This document shows positions 40,828 to 53,277 of a stretch of DNA of 64,000 nt, one piece after another (the stretch's first letter is position 1; each line of letters opens with the position of its first letter). Where the stretch lies: NCBI GenBank assembly GCA_017416535.1, contig JAFQCG010000005.1:141708-205707 (forward strand), given 5' to 3'. The notes below the pieces were generated by a model, which was given only the letters and a program-made list of their open reading frames with translations, searched no databases and had not been told where the DNA came from. Origin of the DNA: Bacilli bacterium. GTDB lineage: Bacteria; Bacillota_I; Bacilli_A; RF39; UBA660. The translations under genes were made by a program, and so were the position numbers.

Positions 40828-41643
40828 TTATTCTACAAAACAATTTGATAATGTTACTGAATTTGAATCATCATCTTCTCGTACTGAGAATTTATAAATT
40901 GTACCTTTAAGTGATACTTTTTCTTTTACTTTATAGTTTTCTAGCAATGAAATATCTGATGCCATTTCACAATCTATTTCTAGAGTATATTTATTATCAG
41001 GATCAGTATATTCTAATACTATTTCATTATCTTCTTTATCTATTTCTTTGATAGTTGATGAGATTAAAACATATTGTTTATAATATTTGTTTGCTGTTTC
41101 TTCTGGCTTGTTTTGAAATTCTATTGCAAGGTCAACATCTTCGATGGCAATTGGTTCTGTTGTATATTTCATACTCCAAAATCCTAATTGGGTATCTTGT
41201 CTTCCTTCTATTTCTTTATATTTAATTACTTTATATCCTAAACCATAATATTCTTTTGTACCACCATCATTGTATTCTTTTGTCTTTATCGCAAAGATTG
41301 GTCCAACATTATATTTTGTTACACAAATTACATCTACACAAATTATTAACATAACTGCCATAATTATAATAAACACTATATTAAATATTTTCATGAAGTT
41401 TTCTGATTTTGCTCTTCTAAATGTTTTTTTTGCATCTTCATAGTCTTCTTCATCATCGTTTTCTTCTACTGCTTTAAAAGTATTTGGTGATTCTTCTTCA
41501 ATTACTTCTTCATTTTCAGTTTCATCTTCGTAATAATCATCTTCTACTTCTTCATCTTCTTGTTCTACGATTTCTTCTTCAAATTCGAATTCTTGTGTAT
41601 CATCAAATTTTTCTGCTTTAATTGGTTTTAATTTTTTTGCCAT
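40828..41643 (-). CDS. hypothetical membrane protein with acidic N-terminal region
   Basis: RBS GAGGTGATAAA before ATG 41643 (MAKKLKP). D/E-rich N-terminus, one TM, then a 150-aa C-terminal domain. Confidence 0.45.
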   Translation of the reverse strand: MAKKLKPIKAEKFDDTQEFEFEEEIVEQEDEEVEDDYYEDETENEEVIEEESPNTFKAVEENDDEEDYEDAKKTFRRAKSENFMKIFNIVFIIIMAVMLIICVDVICVTKYNVGPIFAIKTKEYNDGGTKEYYGLGYKVIKYKEIEGRQDTQLGFWSMKYTTEPIAIEDVDLAIEFQNKPEETANKYYKQYVLISSTIKEIDKEDNEIVLEYTDPDNKYTLEIDCEMASDISLLENYKVKEKVSLKGTIYKFSVREDDDSNSVTLSNCFVE

Positions 41644-41700
41644 TTTATCACCTCGGCTACGCATATTATACCATTACTTAGTATTTGTGTAAACTTTTCT

Positions 41701-44653
<2,953 letters not shown>

Positions 44654-44683
44654 ATTATCATCTCCTTTTAATTTTGAATCAAT

Positions 44684-46780
44684 TTATACTTTAGATAATT
44701 TTTTGTGATTTTTCATTAATTTCTTGATTCCATGTGGGTGTTTAAAAGCTACGCTAACAAGTGTATTTGTAACTTCTGTTACTCTACCAGTTCCAAATGT
44801 TTCATGGTATACATAATCTCCAACTTGATAGTCAACTTCTTCTTCTCTAAACATTTCTCCAACTTGAATCTTTTCTTCGTGTTGTGGAAGTTCTTCTTTA
44901 GCATTAGACTCTAGTAAGTCTTTTGGAATTTCACTTAGGAAACGACTCACTGGATTAATTTGTTCTTTACCAAACAAAGTTCTTCGTCTGGCATTTACTA
45001 AATGAAGATCATCTTTTGCACGAGTTATTGCTACATAGCATAAACGTCTTTCTTCTTCTAGTTCAGAATTTTCCATTAATGAGTTCATATGTGGGAAAAT
45101 TCCTTCTTCCATACCAACTACAAAAACATGATTATATTCAAGTCCTTTTACAGAGTGAACTGTCATTAAACTTACTCTGTTTGGATCATCTTTATATTCT
45201 TCAACATCACTAATTAAACTTATTTCTAATAAGAAATCTTCTAGAGAGATTAAACCTTCTCTTTCTTCAAAAGATTTAGTAATTGATTTAAATTCTTCTA
45301 GGTTTTCTAAACGAACTTCTGCTTCTAGTGTTTTTTCACTTTCCAAATCTGCTCTTAAGCCTGAAGCGTCTAATACTTTATCAATTAATTCTGTTAGAGT
45401 TAAGTCGTTAGAAATGGCTTTTAATTTTTCAATCGTATTTTTAAAATCCATTTCTTTTCCTCCGGAAATTGCGTCATAGATGCTTGTTCCTTCAAGATCT
45501 GCTTTTTCTTGTAGATTTTCAATTGTTTTTAAACCTATTCCTCTTTTTGGAGTATTAATTGCACGAAGTAAGCTAATGTTATCTTTTGAGTTGTGTATTA
45601 ATCTTAAGTATGCGATCAAGTCCTTAATTTCTTTTCTTGCATAGAAGTATAAACTTCCTACTACTCTATATGGTAGGTTTTCTTTTAAGAATTCATCTTC
45701 TATAACACGAGATTGTGCATTAGTTCTATAAAGAACTACTATATCTTGATATTCTACGCCTCTATTTATTAATTCTTTTACTTTTCTTATTACATACTGA
45801 GCTTCATCTTTTTCATTATATGCTCTATAGTATTTGATTTTATCCCCTACACCTCTTGCAGTCCAAAGGTTTTTATCTTTACGCATTTTATTATTTTTTA
45901 TAACTTGGTTTGCTGCATCAAGAATTGTACTTGTTGAACGATAATTTTCTTCTAGTAAAATTGTTTTTGCATCTTTATAGTCATTTTCAAAGTTTAATAT
46001 GTTTTTATAATTCGCTCCACGGAAACTATAAATACTTTGAGAATCATCTCCTACACAAGTAATTCGTCTATTTTTTGCACATAATAGTTTAGTTAAAATA
46101 TATTGTGCTTCATTTGTATCTTGATACTCATCTATTAATAAATACTGATATAAGTCTTGATACTTTTCTAATGTTTCCGGATACTTTTTAAATAACTCAA
46201 TTGGTAATAATAATAAATCATCAAAATCTACTGAGTTATTTCTTTGTAATTTTGTTTCGTATTTTGCATATACTTGTTGGACTACTTTTTCATAATCACT
46301 TACAGCATATTTTTCATAGTCTTCAGGAGAAGTCATTTCATTCTTACAACTACTGATCTTATTTCGAATTGCACGTGGATTATATATCTTTGGATCATAT
46401 CCCATGTCTTTTATGATTTTTTTTACTACAGTTAATGAATCATCACTATCCATAATTACAAAGTTTTTATCATATCCTAATGCATCATAGTTTTCTCTTA
46501 GTAGCTTAAGTCCAAAACTATGGAAAGTTGATACCTGTAATTTCTTTGCTAGATCTCCTACTAATAAAAACAATCTATCTTTCATTTCTTTTGCAGCTTT
46601 ATTTGTAAATGTAATTGCCAATATATTATGAGGATTTACATTTTCTTCTTCAATTAAATAAGCTATCTTTGTGGTAAGTGTTTTTGTTTTACCAGCTCCA
46701 GCTCCTGCGATAATAAGAAGTGGCCCTTCATTATATAGTACGGCTTCTTTTTGTCTGTCATTTAAACTTGTTATGTCCAT
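44684..46780 (-). CDS. pcrA: ATP-dependent DNA helicase PcrA (UvrD family)
   Basis: AGAGAGKTKTLT Walker A, DEYQDTN, conserved UvrD/PcrA motifs; upstream of ligA as in Bacillus. Confidence 0.9.
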   Translation of the reverse strand: MDITSLNDRQKEAVLYNEGPLLIIAGAGAGKTKTLTTKIAYLIEEENVNPHNILAITFTNKAAKEMKDRLFLLVGDLAKKLQVSTFHSFGLKLLRENYDALGYDKNFVIMDSDDSLTVVKKIIKDMGYDPKIYNPRAIRNKISSCKNEMTSPEDYEKYAVSDYEKVVQQVYAKYETKLQRNNSVDFDDLLLLPIELFKKYPETLEKYQDLYQYLLIDEYQDTNEAQYILTKLLCAKNRRITCVGDDSQSIYSFRGANYKNILNFENDYKDAKTILLEENYRSTSTILDAANQVIKNNKMRKDKNLWTARGVGDKIKYYRAYNEKDEAQYVIRKVKELINRGVEYQDIVVLYRTNAQSRVIEDEFLKENLPYRVVGSLYFYARKEIKDLIAYLRLIHNSKDNISLLRAINTPKRGIGLKTIENLQEKADLEGTSIYDAISGGKEMDFKNTIEKLKAISNDLTLTELIDKVLDASGLRADLESEKTLEAEVRLENLEEFKSITKSFEEREGLISLEDFLLEISLISDVEEYKDDPNRVSLMTVHSVKGLEYNHVFVVGMEEGIFPHMNSLMENSELEEERRLCYVAITRAKDDLHLVNARRRTLFGKEQINPVSRFLSEIPKDLLESNAKEELPQHEEKIQVGEMFREEEVDYQVGDYVYHETFGTGRVTEVTNTLVSVAFKHPHGIKKLMKNHKKLSKV

Positions 46781-46834
46781 TATTTCTACCTACTTCCTAA
46801 TATCATTATATCTTATTTTCATACTATAAGCAAA

Positions 46835-46862
46835 ATAAAAAAGTGTAAGACTATCTTACACT
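46835..46862 (-). terminator. terminator (AAAGTGTAAGA..TCTTACACTTT plus U-run)
   Basis: Hairpin overlapping the stop of the 46851..48065 gene, followed by a T-run on minus. Confidence 0.55.
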
Positions 46863-48065
46863 TTTATAAGCTTCATGTAATTGGGCGAACTTTAATTGTT
46901 CTTGTTTTCTAATTTCTGATTTTAATTTTTGTTCATTTTTCTTTTTTTGTTTTTCTTTAAGAAGCGTTGCTAAAACTTTATAATCTTCTAGAGTGAACAT
47001 ATTATCTAAGTTTTTCATAATTTCTACTGTCTTATCTAACTTAGGCTCTTCTTTTACGTCAAGTACTTCAACCTTTGATTCTTGTAGTTTTTGATTTTCT
47101 TTTTGTAGTCTTGCTTTTTCTTGTTGTAATTTTATTTTTTCTTGTTGTAGTTCAAGTTGTTCAAATTGTAGTGACACTTGTTCTTCTTCTAGTTTATAGT
47201 TTTCTTCTTCTTTTAATTTTATTGTATCTTCATGGATTCTTATTTGCTCTTCAGCTAATTTTAATTTTGAATTAGCTTCAGCAAGTTGTTTTTCTAGGTT
47301 TTCTTTTTCTATTTTGTGTTCATCTACTAATTCGGCAATAATTACGGGTTCTTCATTTACTTTTACTGCTTCTTGTTTTTTAGGTTGTGCTTTTACAAAT
47401 AATGGCACATCTACTTCTTTTATTCCTTCTGGTAAGGCTCTTACTTTTTTTACAATAACTTTTCTTTTTACTGGTACTACATCTTTCTTTTGATATTTTC
47501 TTATTATCTTGTAGAATATTAAGAATATTATCCATACAATAAATATAGCACTTGAGAATTCAATTATTGCTTGAGCATCTTTATTTCCATAAACTGATGT
47601 TTGTGAAAATATATCTAAATTATTTTTTGATATAACATTTAAAACTAATGCTAATAAGTAGTGAATTATACCATATACTGTAATGTTTATATTTCTTACT
47701 AATTTTGCTGTTTTAAAATTAAATACACTTATTAGTAAAATAATATTTGTAATTATTATTGCCACCAAGTAGACTGCCACATTAGGGAAATATAAGACTA
47801 TAAAGAAGTTATTCATCATATAGTCAAACATTTTTCCTAGTGATTCGTGATAGAACACTAATATTGCTATTAGGATTAAACTATATGTTAATCCATATAT
47901 TAGTTTACCTCTCTTAACATTTTTTTTGTTTGTTTTGAGAGCAACTACAGCTAATAAGATTATGAATGCAATAACGGCTATGAATAGTTTTGATGACATT
48001 GATACATCAAATACTATTTTTAATTTTTCTAGTATCGTTGTTTGTGTCATAACCTTCACCCCCAT
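46851..48065 (-). CDS. membrane protein with long C-terminal coiled-coil (E/K/Q-rich heptads), downstream of sortase
   Basis: 5-6 N-terminal TM helices then about 180 aa of coiled-coil sequence (LEKQLAEANSKLKLAEEQIRIHEDTIKLKEEE...). Confidence 0.45.
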   Translation of the reverse strand: MGVKVMTQTTILEKLKIVFDVSMSSKLFIAVIAFIILLAVVALKTNKKNVKRGKLIYGLTYSLILIAILVFYHESLGKMFDYMMNNFFIVLYFPNVAVYLVAIIITNIILLISVFNFKTAKLVRNINITVYGIIHYLLALVLNVISKNNLDIFSQTSVYGNKDAQAIIEFSSAIFIVWIIFLIFYKIIRKYQKKDVVPVKRKVIVKKVRALPEGIKEVDVPLFVKAQPKKQEAVKVNEEPVIIAELVDEHKIEKENLEKQLAEANSKLKLAEEQIRIHEDTIKLKEEENYKLEEEQVSLQFEQLELQQEKIKLQQEKARLQKENQKLQESKVEVLDVKEEPKLDKTVEIMKNLDNMFTLEDYKVLATLLKEKQKKKNEQKLKSEIRKQEQLKFAQLHEAYKSVR

Positions 48066-48076
48066 GAAGTTCTTTT

Positions 48077-48751
48077 TTATTCTTCTACAACACTTTGTAA
48101 TTCTGCAACATAAATTGTTTGTGTTGCTTTATCAAAATTTGTACATGTAATTAATGTTAATGTTGTTTTATCGTAGTTTCTATATATTGCTATTGTTCCT
48201 GTTTTTTGTTGCTTATAGATGTTTACGATTTTATATGTGTATTTTTTTCCTTTATATGATATTTCTGCTTTGTCTCCTGTTGATAATTTGTATAAATCAT
48301 TAAAGAATGCTTTCCATCCTGATCCAGAGTGTGCGGCAATTATTAAGTTTCCTTTCTCCTTATCAGGATAAGAAGAACCTTCTATTACCGTAATATTTTG
48401 TTCAATATTGTTTAACTTGGATCTCATATCTAAGAAACCTTTTTTTAGGTTAATCTTTGGTATTGTTAAATAACCAATATATTCATTAGTTACTTCCCCT
48501 AGTTCTTCTTCCTTTTGTTCTTCTTGTAATTCTCCGTCGTGTTCTAATATTTCAACTTCTTCAGCTTGATAGAAGACGTTAGCCATATAATCATAGGCCA
48601 TTACTCTTTTAGATTGAACATAATTATATGAAAGAAAGAATCCTCCTATTAAGATTATAACTGAACCGATGACAGCTATCGTACTAGAAGAGATTCTTTT
48701 TTCTTGTTTTCTATTATCTTGCTTTACCATTCTTGTATACGTAACTAACAC
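48077..48751 (-). CDS. sortase (class B/D-like transpeptidase)
   Basis: N-terminal TM anchor, catalytic IAAHSG (His) and TLTLITC (Cys). Overlaps the adhesin stop. An internal ATG at 48730 is an alternative start. Confidence 0.8.
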   Translation of the reverse strand: MLVTYTRMVKQDNRKQEKRISSSTIAVIGSVIILIGGFFLSYNYVQSKRVMAYDYMANVFYQAEEVEILEHDGELQEEQKEEELGEVTNEYIGYLTIPKINLKKGFLDMRSKLNNIEQNITVIEGSSYPDKEKGNLIIAAHSGSGWKAFFNDLYKLSTGDKAEISYKGKKYTYKIVNIYKQQKTGTIAIYRNYDKTTLTLITCTNFDKATQTIYVAELQSVVEE

Positions 48752-50231
48752 CTGCAGCGATTATTACAATACCTAATAATGTGATAATTAATGAAGAAGA
48801 TGCAGTGTCTGGCACTGGTACTTCTGGATGGTTTTCAAATGTTATTTGATGTGATAATTCAGTATCTGAGATTATAAATTTCTTAACTTCAGAACTGTGT
48901 TTATATCCATTTGGTGCACTTACTTCTTCAACTGTATATGTACCATTTGCTAAATCTGTTAATACATATGGTTCAGTTGTTGATGTAAATTGTGCAACTG
49001 TATTTCCTGCAGAATCTTTTACTAATAGAACTGCTCCTGCTAAAGCATTTCCTGTTGAAGCATCAACTTTTACGATATTAACAACTGTTTTTCTTGGTGT
49101 ATTTTCAACTTTGATTTTAATATCTCTATTTGTATTTGTAATTGTAAATTTAATTGGAGTCTTATTTAATAAGTATCCAACTGGTGCTTTAGTTTCTTCA
49201 ACTGTATAAGTACCATTTGGTAAATTTCTAATTACGTGATAGTTTGTTGTTGATGTCCAAGAAGTTTTTATATTTCCGTTAGCATCTTTTACAACTAATG
49301 TTGCTCCTGCTAATGAATTTCCTGTTGTTGCATCAACTTTAACTATACTTACTTTTGATGATTCAATTTCTAATGATAGTTTTGCAGTTACATTTACTGT
49401 TTCTTTTTCTGGAATTGAAACTGTAACTGGTTGCATACTATCATCTGTTGGTTTATATTCATATGCTTTGTATACTACTCCTGTAGCACTTGCAGATATA
49501 TTAATTTTTAATGATGTTCCACTTACTGAACTTACTGGAACTTTTACTTTAAATTTTTCTTTAACACCAAAAGATGTTTTTGCATTACCATTTGCATCTA
49601 CTAATTGAATGTTGTTTGCACCAGTTGCTGATACTTTATAAGATGAGATATTGCTATATGATTTAGCATAAATATCTTCTGAAACGTAGTAGTTTCCTTC
49701 TAATTTCATATCAAAATTTGATGCTGTTAATGCTAATGATGTTTTTGCATATCCTGCTTTTTTAGCAGCTTCTGCTTTAGCAACTAAATCTTTGATTGTT
49801 GATCTTAAGTTGTAATCGTCTGATCCTGTTACTTTGAATTTTTGACTTAAGTTTGACCCACCTGCTGTATTATCTAAATACCACCAAAGAGCTGTTTGAG
49901 TGATATAGTAGTCTTTCATTTTATCTCCTGTGAAAGACTTATTTGGATAACCGTTAGTTATGATATACGCAACTCCGGCATCTTTTTCACCTACTAAGTT
50001 AGCAGTGATATTTTTTGCTGTCTTTTTATTCATATTAAGACAGTATAATAATGTACCATCAGTTTTTGTTTTAGTAGTAAATTTTACTCCTGCAACATAT
50101 CCAGGTACGATTTCTGCTCCACCTAATTTAATAGATGAGGCTACTGCACTAGTATTAAGAGATGTAAATAAAATTGCAGCACTAATTAATACTAATAAAA
50201 GTTTTTTTGTTAATTGTGTTAACTTTTTCAT
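48714..50231 (-). CDS. thioester-domain (TED) surface adhesin with two CnaB/SpaA-type Ig domains and a C-terminal sorting signal (VPDTA, TM, KNGKAR)
   Basis: Signal peptide. TED motifs LLYCLN (Cys) and ITQTALWWY (TQxA[IV]W). Two tandem about 85-aa repeats (VKVDATTGN.LAGA.L.VKD..GN). C-terminus PVPDTASSS plus hydrophobic stretch plus KNGKAR. Confidence 0.8.
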   Translation of the reverse strand: MKKLTQLTKKLLLVLISAAILFTSLNTSAVASSIKLGGAEIVPGYVAGVKFTTKTKTDGTLLYCLNMNKKTAKNITANLVGEKDAGVAYIITNGYPNKSFTGDKMKDYYITQTALWWYLDNTAGGSNLSQKFKVTGSDDYNLRSTIKDLVAKAEAAKKAGYAKTSLALTASNFDMKLEGNYYVSEDIYAKSYSNISSYKVSATGANNIQLVDANGNAKTSFGVKEKFKVKVPVSSVSGTSLKINISASATGVVYKAYEYKPTDDSMQPVTVSIPEKETVNVTAKLSLEIESSKVSIVKVDATTGNSLAGATLVVKDANGNIKTSWTSTTNYHVIRNLPNGTYTVEETKAPVGYLLNKTPIKFTITNTNRDIKIKVENTPRKTVVNIVKVDASTGNALAGAVLLVKDSAGNTVAQFTSTTEPYVLTDLANGTYTVEEVSAPNGYKHSSEVKKFIISDTELSHQITFENHPEVPVPDTASSSLIITLLGIVIIAAGVSYVYKNGKAR

Positions 50232-50260
50232 AATTTTCCCCCTTCACTAAATGTGGCTAT

Positions 50261-50290
50261 ATTATAACACAAAAGTTTGATTTTGGCAAG
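50261..50290 (-). promoter_or_regulatory. consensus sigma-A promoter (TTGCCA, 17 nt, TATAAT) for the adhesin-sortase operon
   Basis: Minus-strand reading TTGCCAaaatcaaacttttgtgtTATAAT about 35 nt upstream of RBS GAAGGGGGAAAATTATG. Confidence 0.55.
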
Positions 50291-50311
50291 TTTTATCTGC
50301 CTCGACACACT

Positions 50312-50345
50312 ATTATAATCAAAAAAAGGTTCTTTTTGAACCTTT
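50312..50345 (-). terminator. terminator (AAAGGTTC..GAACCTTT plus U-run)
   Basis: Palindrome with T-runs, downstream of the 50359 gene end. Confidence 0.55.
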
Positions 50346-50358
50346 TTTACTGTTTTTT

Positions 50359-50901
50359 TTACATTTTTATTGTTTTTTTGAAAATTATATTGTCGTTTAT
50401 ATCATAAATAATAAAATCTTCTTCATTATAGTACAAATACGTTGGTCCTACATCTGATTTTGGAAGTGATATTGAACCAGGATTTATATAAGTATTTGTC
50501 TCAATTTCTTTAATAAATGGTATATGCAAATGTCCATATATTAAATATGAATTTGTTTTATTCCAGTTGGATTCATTATATATATGTCCATGAGTTAAAT
50601 ATAGATCTTCATTTATTGTTGATATTAGACCTAATTCTGAAACAATAGGAAAGTTTGATACCATTTTATCAACTTCTGAATCACAATTTCCTTTTATACA
50701 AATTAATTTATCATTAAATGATTCTAAAAATTCTTTTACATAATTTATATCATATCCATCTATCATAGTATTTCTTGGACCAATATAATATAAATCACCT
50801 AATACAACTAATTTATCACATTCTAATTCTTTAAATCTTTCTTTTATTTTAGGAAGATTTGTCTTAATTCCATGTATATCTGATATAAATAGTATCTTCA
50901 T
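50359..50901 (-). CDS. YfcE-like metallophosphoesterase
   Basis: MKILFISDIHG...VVLGDLY...GNCD...YGHLH metallophosphatase motifs; 180 aa. Confidence 0.8.
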   Translation of the reverse strand: MKILFISDIHGIKTNLPKIKERFKELECDKLVVLGDLYYIGPRNTMIDGYDINYVKEFLESFNDKLICIKGNCDSEVDKMVSNFPIVSELGLISTINEDLYLTHGHIYNESNWNKTNSYLIYGHLHIPFIKEIETNTYINPGSISLPKSDVGPTYLYYNEEDFIIYDINDNIIFKKTIKM

Positions 50902-50972
50902 ATTTCCACCTCTAGTTTAGTATAACATATTTTCTTATTATTCATATAATACTTTAGTTAGAAAGGAGATTT

Positions 50973-51559
50973 ATGAAAAAGAAATTTATATTAGTTAGTT
51001 TATGTGTAATATTATTATTTGTTATTGCATGTAGTGTGTTATTTGACTTTAGAAAAGAAGATAATAACCTAAAGAAAATTACTGTTGCGGAGGTTGCTCA
51101 TACTATTTTTTATGCGCCTCAATATGTAGCACTTGAACTTGGTTATTTTGAAGATGAAGGTCTTGATGTAGAACTTATGCTTGCAAATGGAGCTGATAAA
51201 GTTACTGCGGCTGTGTTATCTGGAGATGCAGAGATTGGATTTTCTGGAAGCGAGGCAACAATTTATGTGTACAATGGTGGAGAAAAAGACTACTTACAAA
51301 CTTTTGCTCAATTAACACAAAAAGATGGTTCTTTTCTAGTATCTAGAAAAAAGATTGATAATTTTACATTGGATGATTTAAAAGGAAAAAGAATTATTGC
51401 TGGTAGAGCTTATGGTATGCCAGAAATGACATTAAAATATGCTATTAAGAAAAATGGTATTGATCCTGATAAAGAACTTGAATTAGACACATCTGTTGCT
51501 TTTGCAGCAATGAGTGGTACATTCATTGCTGGTGAGGGAGATTTTGTTTCATTATTTGA
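50973..51559 (+). pseudogene. 5' part of an NMT1/ThiY-type ABC substrate-binding lipoprotein gene (sulfonate/nitrate/thiamine-precursor class), interrupted by a mobile element
   Basis: Lipobox LLFVIAC; ...AGEGDFVSLFE, then the sequence enters the element. The ORF-track product from 51560..51677 (HNVTKRMYFCTFLF...) is junk read-through. Confidence 0.7.
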
Positions 51560-51560
51560 A

Positions 51561-51577
51561 CATAATGTAACAAAAAG
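51561..51577. repeat. left terminal inverted repeat of the element
   Basis: CATAATGTAACAAAAAG; reverse complement present at 57547-57563. Confidence 0.7.
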
Positions 51578-51601
51578 AATGTACTTTTGTACATTCTTAT
51601 T
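51578..51601 (-). terminator. perfect palindrome AAGAATGTAC tttt GTACATTCTT just inside the left element end, probable terminator for the first cargo gene
   Basis: 10-bp perfect stem with 4-nt loop; on the minus strand it is followed by TTTTTGTT, which is the TIR. Confidence 0.5.
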
Positions 51602-52394
51602 TCATTACTTTTTTTATTACTTTTTCTATATGTCCTTTTTTACTTGCTTCAAAGTGATTTGTATTTTCTTCTTCTAACATATAATTTATTCCTAACTGTT
51701 CAAGTAAATCTGGTTCAAATACTACTATTCCATCACTTCTACTTGATGTTACTTTTTTAATCATATCATCAAGCTCTAATACTAAGGAATTATTTTCTTT
51801 TTCTCTATCAATGTAACTTCCTACTACTAGCAATTTATTTAAATCTACTTTAGTTAAGTCTATGCCTTTAAAATTATCTTGTTCAAATCCGTATTTTGGA
51901 TTAACTATTAGTTTTAGCATTTCTACGATTAGTTTTTGTCTTTGTGTAAAAAATCTTTTAAAATCTTCTAGATAATATGGATTTGCTAGAGGAGTTCCGA
52001 CAATCGATGGATGTATAGCTATTACTTTATCTACTCTTTCTGAGGTGGTTGCTAGTGATGCAATTATTCCACCGAAACTTTCTGTTACAAATATAACATC
52101 ATTTAGATTAGATTCTTCTAATGATTTTATTAAATTATCGGTAAAGTTCTCTGCATTATATTGTTCTTTATTTTTAGAAGATAGTGGATAATCATAGAAC
52201 CAAGAGCCTGTAAACATATTATGTCCAGGATCAAATGTATAACCGGTTTGCTCTAAAGCATGAAATCTATGTTCCATTTGCCCGCCAATATAAATTATTG
52301 GTTGTTCATTTTTATTTAATTTCTTTTCATCAATATATAAACTACCAAGTTCATTAGGTTTATATCTTTTCTTTTCATTACGATAGTTAATCAT
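51597..52394 (-). CDS. hypothetical protein, possibly alpha/beta-hydrolase fold (VTESFGG nucleophile-elbow-like motif)
   Basis: 265-aa ORF inside the element. The [ST]xSxG-like motif is tentative. An 8-nt overlap with the upstream ORF suggests coupling. Confidence 0.4.
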   Translation of the reverse strand: MINYRNEKKRYKPNELGSLYIDEKKLNKNEQPIIYIGGQMEHRFHALEQTGYTFDPGHNMFTGSWFYDYPLSSKNKEQYNAENFTDNLIKSLEESNLNDVIFVTESFGGIIASLATTSERVDKVIAIHPSIVGTPLANPYYLEDFKRFFTQRQKLIVEMLKLIVNPKYGFEQDNFKGIDLTKVDLNKLLVVGSYIDREKENNSLVLELDDMIKKVTSSRSDGIVVFEPDLLEQLGINYMLEEENTNHFEASKKGHIEKVIKKVMK

Positions 52395-53256
52395 TCTTTT
52401 CTCCAGAATTATTGTTTCTTTTTTTAGAAAACATAAGCGGACTTATACCTCTGAATGTTTCCATCTCTTTCTTTAAATATTCAGCTTCTTGCCATGCTTC
52501 TGGAAAATATTCTTTTGTTTTTTCAAATTCATAACGATATTCTGCGAAAGATGGACTTTCTACGTCTATTAGTGGTTCTAATAGTAAAATCATATCCGCT
52601 AAAGCATTTGATTCACTTATCATTTCTTTATATTTTTCTTTTTGTTCTTCTGTTCCTTCGCTTATTTTTATAGAATGTTTTGTTTCCATATTATATGTTT
52701 CTTTAAACCAATCACTTCTTAATATTCTTTTTGTTAATACATCTACTAAATAATCTACACCATTAATATTTACTTCAACAAATGGTCTAGTTTCTTCTAG
52801 TCTTACACCTTCTCTTGTAGGTGAATCATATATTGCATCTATAAATGTTGCGTCATCAAATATTGCTGATACAGCATAGTTAGGGTCATATACACAACTA
52901 CGTCCTACTTTTACTGGTGGTCTTGTTAATCTTAACGAGATTGGAACACTTCCAGTAATATAGATTGATTTTTTTCTAAATTCTTCTTTCATCCATAATG
53001 GTATTCCACATATTCTTGGATGTTCTTCATAACAATAATGATTTGTGTCATCAACTATTTCTAATTTATCTAAATCAAGTGATTGTTTTGTTGGATCAAT
53101 TAATTTCTTTGAAACTAATGCTTCCATTATTGTTGCTTCTATTGATTCTCTTTCTAGTGGCGGCATATCAGGATGAGCCTCAATATAATCTAGAATATGC
53201 CAGCATCTATAAAAGACATCATTTGTTAATAATTCATAATCTACTAAACTTGCCAT
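52387..53256 (-). CDS. hypothetical protein (cargo of the mobile element)
   Basis: 289 aa with its own RBS AAGGGGGAA; no recognisable motif. Confidence 0.4.
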   Translation of the reverse strand: MASLVDYELLTNDVFYRCWHILDYIEAHPDMPPLERESIEATIMEALVSKKLIDPTKQSLDLDKLEIVDDTNHYCYEEHPRICGIPLWMKEEFRKKSIYITGSVPISLRLTRPPVKVGRSCVYDPNYAVSAIFDDATFIDAIYDSPTREGVRLEETRPFVEVNINGVDYLVDVLTKRILRSDWFKETYNMETKHSIKISEGTEEQKEKYKEMISESNALADMILLLEPLIDVESPSFAEYRYEFEKTKEYFPEAWQEAEYLKKEMETFRGISPLMFSKKRNNNSGEKND

Positions 53257-53277
53257 AGTAATTCCCCCTTAAGTGCC

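Noticed and set aside
51560-51677. C-terminal extension of the ORF-track product 50973..51677 (HNVTKRMYFCTFLFHYFFYYFFY...)
   Set aside because: It is read-through into the inserted element, passing through the left TIR and an internal palindrome. The genuine continuation of the SBP is at 57565.
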